From Paraspadella gotoi (Eukaryota > Animalia > Chaetognatha): 64,000 bases of DNA. The notes beneath the pieces are model-generated. The model was not told the DNA's origin and ran no database searches. It saw only the letters and a list, made by a program, of their open reading frames with translations. The stretch's first letter is position 1; every line of letters begins with the position of its first letter. Positions 56,701 through 64,000 of this stretch are shown one piece after another. The DNA is taken from the NCBI GenBank assembly GCA_051294375.1, contig CM119264.1:8192484-8256483 (forward strand), written 5' to 3'. Both the position numbers and the translations under genes were made by a program.

Positions 56701-57554
56701 TTTCTTGGCCAAGATGGCGCAGCGGGGTTGAGGGTCATTTCTTTCTTTCTTTCTTTATTTATTTATTTTTATTTGAGGTGGGGGCTGAAGGGTCGGATGA
56801 TGAAGCGAAAGTCAAAAGCTGAAAGTCGGAAATGAACTGAATGAGAAGGTTTTTGATTGGTTGATCTATCGTCGTGATTGTGATATGTGAATCGTGACAC
56901 GTGGAGCGAAACTGACGCGGATTATGTTCTTCTTTTTTTTTTTGGTTTGAGTTAATTTTCCGTCGCGCGGAACGAAGAAGAAAGACTTTTTGGGTTCAGC
57001 TGCGAAACAAAGAGACAAGTTAAAAGTGAGAGTCAAAAGTGAGATGACGAGAACGGCGGAGAAAAGTGAGAAAAAAAAGAAAAGAAAAGAAAAAGAAAAA
57101 GTCGGAAAATAGAAAATAAGTTTTTTCCCCTGAAGGAAAAAAAAATTGACTCGCGATAAAAAAAAAGAAAAAAAAAAGAAAGAAGAAAAGTATAACGAAA
57201 AATCTCAGCCGTGACGTTGATGACGACGACGATAATAAGGACGATTAATACATACGACGACGACGATACTTTTGACGTTGGAATTATTAATGATAAACTG
57301 AACGAGGACAAAAACCAACAAAACCGTAGTCACTAATGGAATGAAAAATCTAAGTTTAATGAATGCGTTCACGCAAACTGCGGCCACCTTAATTACTCGA
57401 AATGGTTTAGTAAAAAACACCAAGGCGTTTAAAATGGATCGAAATGGAACGACGGCATCTAAATGGATCGAAATGATTCAAATGGAAAGAATGCATCTAA
57501 ATGGATTTAGCGACCTCGCACCATTCGTCTTCCCCTCGACGCTTCATTTCCGGT

Positions 57555-57588
<34 letters not shown>

Positions 57589-57769
57589 NNNNNNNNNNNN
57601 NNNNNNNNNNNNNNNNNNNNNNNNNNNNNNNNNNNNNNNNNNNNNNNNNNNNNNNNNNNNNNNNNNNNNNNNNNNNNNNNNNNNNNNNNNNNNNNNNNNN
57701 NNNNNNNNNNNNNNNNNNNNNNNNNNNNNNNNNNNNNNNNNNNNNNNNNNNNNNNNNNNNNNNNNNNNN

Positions 57770-57824
57770 NNNNNNNNNNNNNNNNNNNNNNNNNNNNNNN
57801 NNNCCGTTGTTGTGGTTGACGTCA
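57770..57824 (-). promoter_or_regulatory. Candidate promoter of the large-exon gene: CRE plus an adjacent RFX X-box-like site
   Basis: TGACGTCA at 57817-57824. The mirrored copy shows GTTTCCAT(C)GGTAAC (34013-34027) about 27 bp from the CRE (33979-33986), which maps into the N-gap here; about 1.1 kb upstream of ATG 56700. Confidence 0.35.
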
Positions 57825-58149
57825 TCGTGGCGCGGGTTCCATTGTTGGTGCCAAACGTCTGTTGCGGCTGTTTTCGTCTCGCAAATCTCGTGTTTTTCAG
57901 GTTTAATGGACTCCTGCTTCTCTCGCGTCTCTCGCAGGCGCCCGCGTCACGATCGTTATCCTCGTCGTTTTCGTCGTCGTCGTCGTCGTCGTCGTCATCG
58001 TTAAAGTCTCCTTGGTAGTTTTTATTTTCTATGTTATGATTTTTCGTCGTCCCGATGACGGACGAAAAATATAAACGTGATTTTTTTCCTTTTTTTGGGC
58101 GATTTTACAGTTTTATTGGTTGAACCCATAATGATCTAAATAGGGAACG

Positions 58150-58765
58150 TCCGGCGTAATCTTCATTGTCATGACAGATAATCCTGTTTCTTAAGAAGCA
58201 GGAATTAGAGACTTCGTTAGATACGAAAATCGGTCACTACTAATGAGATACACGTTTCTCTTTCTCTCTGCGCTCTCCGACGTCGCTTACCCNNNNNNNN
58301 NNNNNNNNNNNNNNNNNACCGTGCGATTTGCGTCGATCGACAACAAGTGACTACGGAAAAAGACGACAAAATCTACAAAATCCTCGTCTCTCTTCTCCGT
58401 ATCTCTCTCGTCTCTCTCGTCCTCTCTCTCCTCGCTCTCTCTCTCTCAATCTCTCTCTCTCTTCTCTTCTTCCATGATGCTCGATGCCTTAGCCCAGATT
58501 GAGGTGAAGACCACGTCGCAGATTTGGGCCAGAGACGCTCACAAGCGTGAATGCGCGTTGTGCGCGCTCTACTGTTTATGTCTCGGTCTTCACCACGGGA
58601 AATAAAAAGGGTAAGCGACGTAGGAGACGGCGGAGAGACAAGAGAAACGTGTATGCGTCATTAGTAGTTTGACCGGATTTATCGATATCTCAACGGAAGT
58701 GCTCTATTCCTCAGCTTCTCTTAAGAAACAGGATTACTCTGTCATGGAACAATGGAAGATACAAC
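58150..58765. repeat. Short noisy inverted duplication across a 25-N gap (58150-58292 versus ~58609-58765)
   Basis: cgtcgcttaccc versus gggtaagcgacg; cctgtttcttaagaag versus cttctcttaagaaacagg. Confidence 0.75.
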
Positions 58766-58909
58766 AATCGCGGTCACAACGAATCGAGTTTGTGGTCATC
58801 ATCAGGGGTAATATCGGAGACTCCCTATTAAACATTATTTGTAGTCATGGTAACCATTCTTAGAGAGCATTTTTTTTATCATAATTTTAGATGATGGTGA
58901 AGGCAGACA

Positions 58910-58941
<32 letters not shown>

Positions 58942-59196
58942 TGTTTTTGTCTACGACGCTCATTACTATTTCTGTTAAAAATTCCCTTTGTTTGTTCGGA
59001 ACTAATGTTTGTTTTGGGTCGTAAAATGTAACCTTTGCGTTGTTTATGTCAAATGTTGTGGGTTTGATTTGCGCCATTGGTTTTTGTTGTCTCCGCGCGT
59101 CGCTCTTTTGTTTTTCATTCCTTTTTTTTTATCTTTTTGTTTTTGTAGATAAAAAAAAAGATGGTTTTGCTTTTGACGATTTCGCTGATGTGGTTT

Positions 59197-59239
<43 letters not shown>

Positions 59240-60238
59240 AGAAGGCAACCAAGGAAACGCCGATGAAAACAAGAAAGAAAGGCCGGAAAAACGAAATGAA
59301 GCCATTTTAGGATAACAAGTAAAAGAAAACACACATACACAANNNNNNNNNNNNNNNNNNNNNNNNNAGGAGAAGATACATAAGCACGACAACAGAGGCG
59401 AAGGAGTCTCGAAAGTGAGATTCTTGATTATGATGATGATGTCGTCGTCGTCGTCGTCGGTCGTTGTCGGTCGTCGTCGTCGTCGTAGTCTTCAATCGGT
59501 CATCTTCGTTTCATTGCCACCGACCCGCATTTTTTTATAACGTCAGCAATTTATAAAATAGGTCGCCTGCAGATTCGAAAAGTTGCGTTTGTGGCGGTAT
59601 ATTCAAGCTACCGCCGTCACGTCGCAACCAGTCCTTCAGCCAAATCCATTGCTCAGAGGGGGAACACACCATCCCAAGCGATAGTGTTCCATCGAGCAGG
59701 CAGTCCTAAAACGACTTCCCTCTGCGTAGTGGCAAAAGCGAGACAGCGATCCTAGGGTAACGGCCGGCGCGGCAGTGACTGGAGGCGCGTCAATGAGGGT
59801 TCGGAAGCCGCCCGAAGCCAACAGTGAGATGCCTCCATTCCAATGGGCATCAACAGCAACCCGGCTGTTGCCATACGTTATTGAAATATTATTTATATTA
59901 ACATTATTTAAATTCATTCTTTACCAATATGCAGGAATTTTTATTTTTATACGTATCTACTATAGATAAGATGAATGATGGAATCGCAAAAGATTTTATT
60001 GATAACCCAAGAGGATATACCTGCTTTCGATGGCTTAATAACTGAAAATCGCTCCTTTTTTGGCAAGTCATGCGGTTACAGAATTCTCAGACATTCGGTC
60101 CATCCCCGTCTATTATGATGAGCTTTATGGGGAGGCCAGAAGCATCATCGACGTGGATTTACAGCATAATGACGCTTTTTTTCATGATTTCGTCGGTCAA
60201 GAGTTTGACGGAAGTCCGTTACTTTACTTCGCGCGTGG

Positions 60239-60288
<50 letters not shown>

Positions 60289-60371
60289 GAGAGAAGAGAG
60301 AGAGAGAGAGAGAAGAGGAGAGAGAGCAGAGAGAGAGAAGAACAGTAGAGAGAGAGAGAGAGAGAGAGGAA

Positions 60372-60416
<45 letters not shown>

Positions 60417-63109
60417 GAGAAGAGAGAGAGAATGTTCGAAATTTTATAGATGGGTTATCTTTACCTTTTAATTTTCACAATTTCCCAATGCAATGAAAGT
60501 GAAATTAAATTCATTCACTGTCAGTATGTTAGACAGTCAAATAACTTGTGTATTTTTCTTTGTTTTGATTGTCTATCGGCCCTTTTATAATTATTATAGT
60601 TTTTTAGTTTCGGCACATTGGTCCTCCACTTTATTGTCTCTTTATCTTTCTTCCTTCTTCTTCTCTTCCTCCTTTTATTATTTTTTCCATTCCCTTCCAG
60701 TTTCTTTCCTTCTTCGCTTCTTTCTTCCCTTCCATTCCAGCCATTTATCTCCCGCGCCCAAATTTCCGTCTCTTCCACAACGCACCCCCCGCCAGCCTCT
60801 AACACCTCCCCCCCCACCCGCCCGGGTTCGTGCGACCAAGCGGATGAGTGAGAGCGACTCTAGTGAATGTTCCATCGCAAACAAAAAATGCGGATTGTCT
60901 GCCTGCGCGGACAGTGCGACGTTCACATTCGGCCCCGAAAGACTCGACGAAAAAGGATTTCGCCAACAATTCTCTAAATGAGGATTTCGAAGAAAAAAAA
61001 CCAAATTCAAGCAAAAGGAGTAATCCACGCTGAGTGGAAGATTCCACGAACAGGACGCCAGTGTTTGAAGTTTGGCGGGTAGCCCATCGTGAAAGACGCG
61101 TTCGGCAGATCCAAAGTATACCAAGGTGCAAATAAGGACAAACTTCTGTTCAAACGCGAGACATCTCAAAACTCTTTTCAACAACCACAAGAGGCTTGAA
61201 AGATATACTTAAGGTTAACGTAGAAACGGCGACTACGAACTCAGAACTTAATTTTAATTAGGGTAATTATGTAAATATCGTGGATAACTCCTAACATACC
61301 ACTTGCAAACATATTTATTGGAATTCAAGCAACTTTTTTAATCAAGGAACTATTGCTTTTTGAAATGAAACTTTTTTTTTCAAATTTTTTATCGCTGTCT
61401 GCCTTTTTTTTTCTTTTTTTAGTTTTCTTTCTTTTTTCATTAATTTTATTAAAGCGAACTGAAGCAGAGAAACCGGACGAACCAGGAAAATTTGAAACAA
61501 AAAACGAAAGATTTTGTTCACAGATGGCTGAGGCGGATTGAGTGCGTCGTTGCTTTGACGTCGGTAAACGTAAGCCTTGCGTCGCTGGTCGGCTTTAAAT
61601 ACAAAATAAAACAGTAATCAAAATGTGGAAAATGTATTGTAACGGACCTTTCATAGAAGAAGCGTTGAGAAAGATGACATGACCCCGAGGAAAGGGTAAC
61701 AGACGAGCGACGACGTCGACGAAAACCGGCGGAAACAATCAAGAGCAACTAAATTGCGGTTCCTTTAATTCGTTGTGTGATCTGATTGAAGCCATGTCTG
61801 TCGTTGTCTTGCAAAAAGCTATCGTTCGTGTCGTTTGTCGCCGAAATGTTCACTTCGACATTCAACCTAAAAGGATTGTATGTTTCGTTTAGGTTTATAT
61901 ATTATGTTTATGATTCGCCTAGCACATATAACCTAGCGCGAGAAACACTTCCAAAACTAAATACTCTTCAAGCATTGTATTTACCGGTTTAACGGAAAAG
62001 ACCGATCATCAATCGCAATACGATAAATCTCTCAACGGTTTTAGGTTTTCTGGCTCTGTCGTTGCTTGTTCCGGTGAGCATTTTACTGATTCAACTTTCC
62101 ATCCCTTTCCTTCCCCCAGAGAGTTATGTCACCTCCGCTGATGGCGGCGTCGTCGTGCGTGCGTCGTCGTCTGTTATGCGTCGTTCGAACAAACGGCCAT
62201 CCCATTGTGAAGAACGGCGCGTCGATCCCTCGTCGATCGTCGGCGGTCTGCACAGTGCGGTCGGCGTGAGGGCGCGCCGATTTGTCGCGAAACAGAAAAA
62301 AATGGAAAACTTTTCGGGCTCTTCTTTCTATCTTGTTGCGTCTTTTTTCGTTCTCGTCGTTCGCGTCAGATGGAAAGCGCCGTCAACGCCTCAGATTTTT
62401 TTTTTTTGTGAACTGCGTTCTTATTGCGTAGTTTCGAAGGGCTTCAACTGTCACATTCACAATATTAGTCATAATAACGGTCATGGTAAAAGAGTGAAAA
62501 GTTCGCAATGCTGAACTTTCGTAATTGTCTTATATCGCTTAAAGACGCTTCATCGATCTGCACATTGGCACATTGGGTTAATGGGTAGTATGCGTTTTAA
62601 GTATTGATTATTTGTGTTTAGCCTTATTGGTTAGTCGCAGTAATTTATGATTAAGTTTCCGGATTAATTCATTCGATTTAAATGCGAGTTTTTATAATAG
62701 TTCCTAAATAATTGGTCATTTTGTTGGTTTATGTTTTATTGCTTCAAAAGTTGATTCTCTCTCTTTTTTTGGCCTCAGTTATTCCTCTTGTCGTCATTGT
62801 TGGAGGAAAAAATATTAATTTTGCGTTCATTTAGAAGCATTGCAAATATGCTTTGTGTAGATCGTCCTATGACTATCGCTTAAATTAATTTTGAAAATAG
62901 TAAAAGTTAAAAATAATGGGAATGATAAATGAAAAAAGACGTGACAAAGCGGGACAGATATTTTTTCAAAGCAATTAATATCGTAGAATAAAAACACTTA
63001 AATGATTTTAATAGTGCGGTACTGAAAGACAGATCAGTAACTCTGTTTTAAAAAATGAAATTTTGCCGTTCATCCATCCATGCAGCATTTTTTTCTAGCG
63101 CCGCCCCGC

Positions 63110-63513
63110 GTGACCCCTTTTTAGGGCTTTTAGTCGCTCTTGTGCCTCTCACTCCCGCCTGCAACGAATACGATTTTGGTAGTTTACATACGAGGTTATT
63201 GTGACTTCGCTCCTTTATCATGTTCGGCTTTCGCCAACGAAATCCTTGGTCTCTTTTGCGTCAGTCTCCCGGACCTTCCCACGTCTCGCTCTTTATCTCT
63301 TCCCCCTCTTCATTCTTCCCGCCACACCGAGTCGCCGTCGCGGAAAGCCAGTAAGCGTTTTGAACCATCGCACATGCGATCCCCCAAATACGTCATTTCT
63401 CTCTCTCTCATCTCCTCGTCTCATCTCTCCTCAGCGTTTTTAGTTAAGAACTTTCTTCAAATGGCGCTTTCTTCCACGCCCATTTTCCTTACTCGCAATG
63501 TGTGTGAGTTTGT

Positions 63514-63549
<36 letters not shown>

Positions 63550-63790
63550 GACGTATTTGGGAGTCGAGTCGAGGTCAAAACGCTTATTGGCTTCGCGACG
63601 GCGGACTGGGTGGGGGAGAAGGAAGAGGGAAACAGAGAGAGCGAGAGGGAGAGGGATAGAGAGCGAGAGAAAGGATTTGTTGGCGAAAGGAAATGATAAA
63701 AGAGCGAAGTCACAAACCTCGTTGTAAACTACCAAAACGTATTCGTTGAGGCGGGGCGAGAGGAAAGAGACTAAAAGCTAAAAGGGGGGG
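63110..63790. repeat. Short inverted duplication (~63110-63410 noisy; ~63535-63790 clean)
   Basis: aacgaatacgattttggtagtttaca versus tgtaaactaccaaaacgtattcgtt; cccaaatacgtcatttctctc versus gagagaaatgacgtatttggg. Confidence 0.85.
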
Positions 63791-64000
63791 CGTAGCAAAA
63801 TGTGGAGGAAAGCGAAATTCTGTTTTTTTTTTAAAGGTTATGATTGTCTCATACCGTATTTAATATCATTTAGGTGTTTTATTCTACGATGATTTAATGC
63901 TTTGTCACTATTTTTATCTACTAATTAAATACTAATTACTAAACTATAAATACTATGTATTCATTTATTCCCATTATTTTTATTTTCTCTTTTCAAAATT

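Overview
This is eukaryotic (probably invertebrate animal) genomic DNA, very rich in (GA)n, (GAC)n and (TTTC)n microsatellites, from a gap-filled draft assembly with ten N-gaps, seven of them exactly 25 N. Almost all ORFs in the supplied track are microsatellite translations. Supportable content: (1) a four-exon minus-strand gene for a divergent Roadblock/LC7 (dynein light chain-type) protein at 22.9-25.0 kb, not visible as a single ORF; (2) a 2.7-kb low-complexity coding exon (56700-54014, minus strand) ending in a GTAAGT donor whose phase is compatible with splicing onto the Roadblock exons; (3) a ~600-bp internally deleted Tc1/mariner element, hAT-like termini with a target duplication, and a tRNA-derived SINE-like fragment; (4) E2F, CRE and RFX X-box-like motifs and a few weaker candidate exons. 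Roughly 19-20 kb (3.9-7.2 kb, 33.4-48.8 kb and smaller pieces) is inverted or direct re-copies of neighbouring sequence that differ almost only by indels. These are best explained as fold-back chimeric long reads built into the assembly, not as real palindromes. I found no CRISPR array, rRNA or prokaryote-type system, and no convincing novel biological system; the Roadblock locus is the best biological lead. All homology calls are from memory and by eye; no searches were run.
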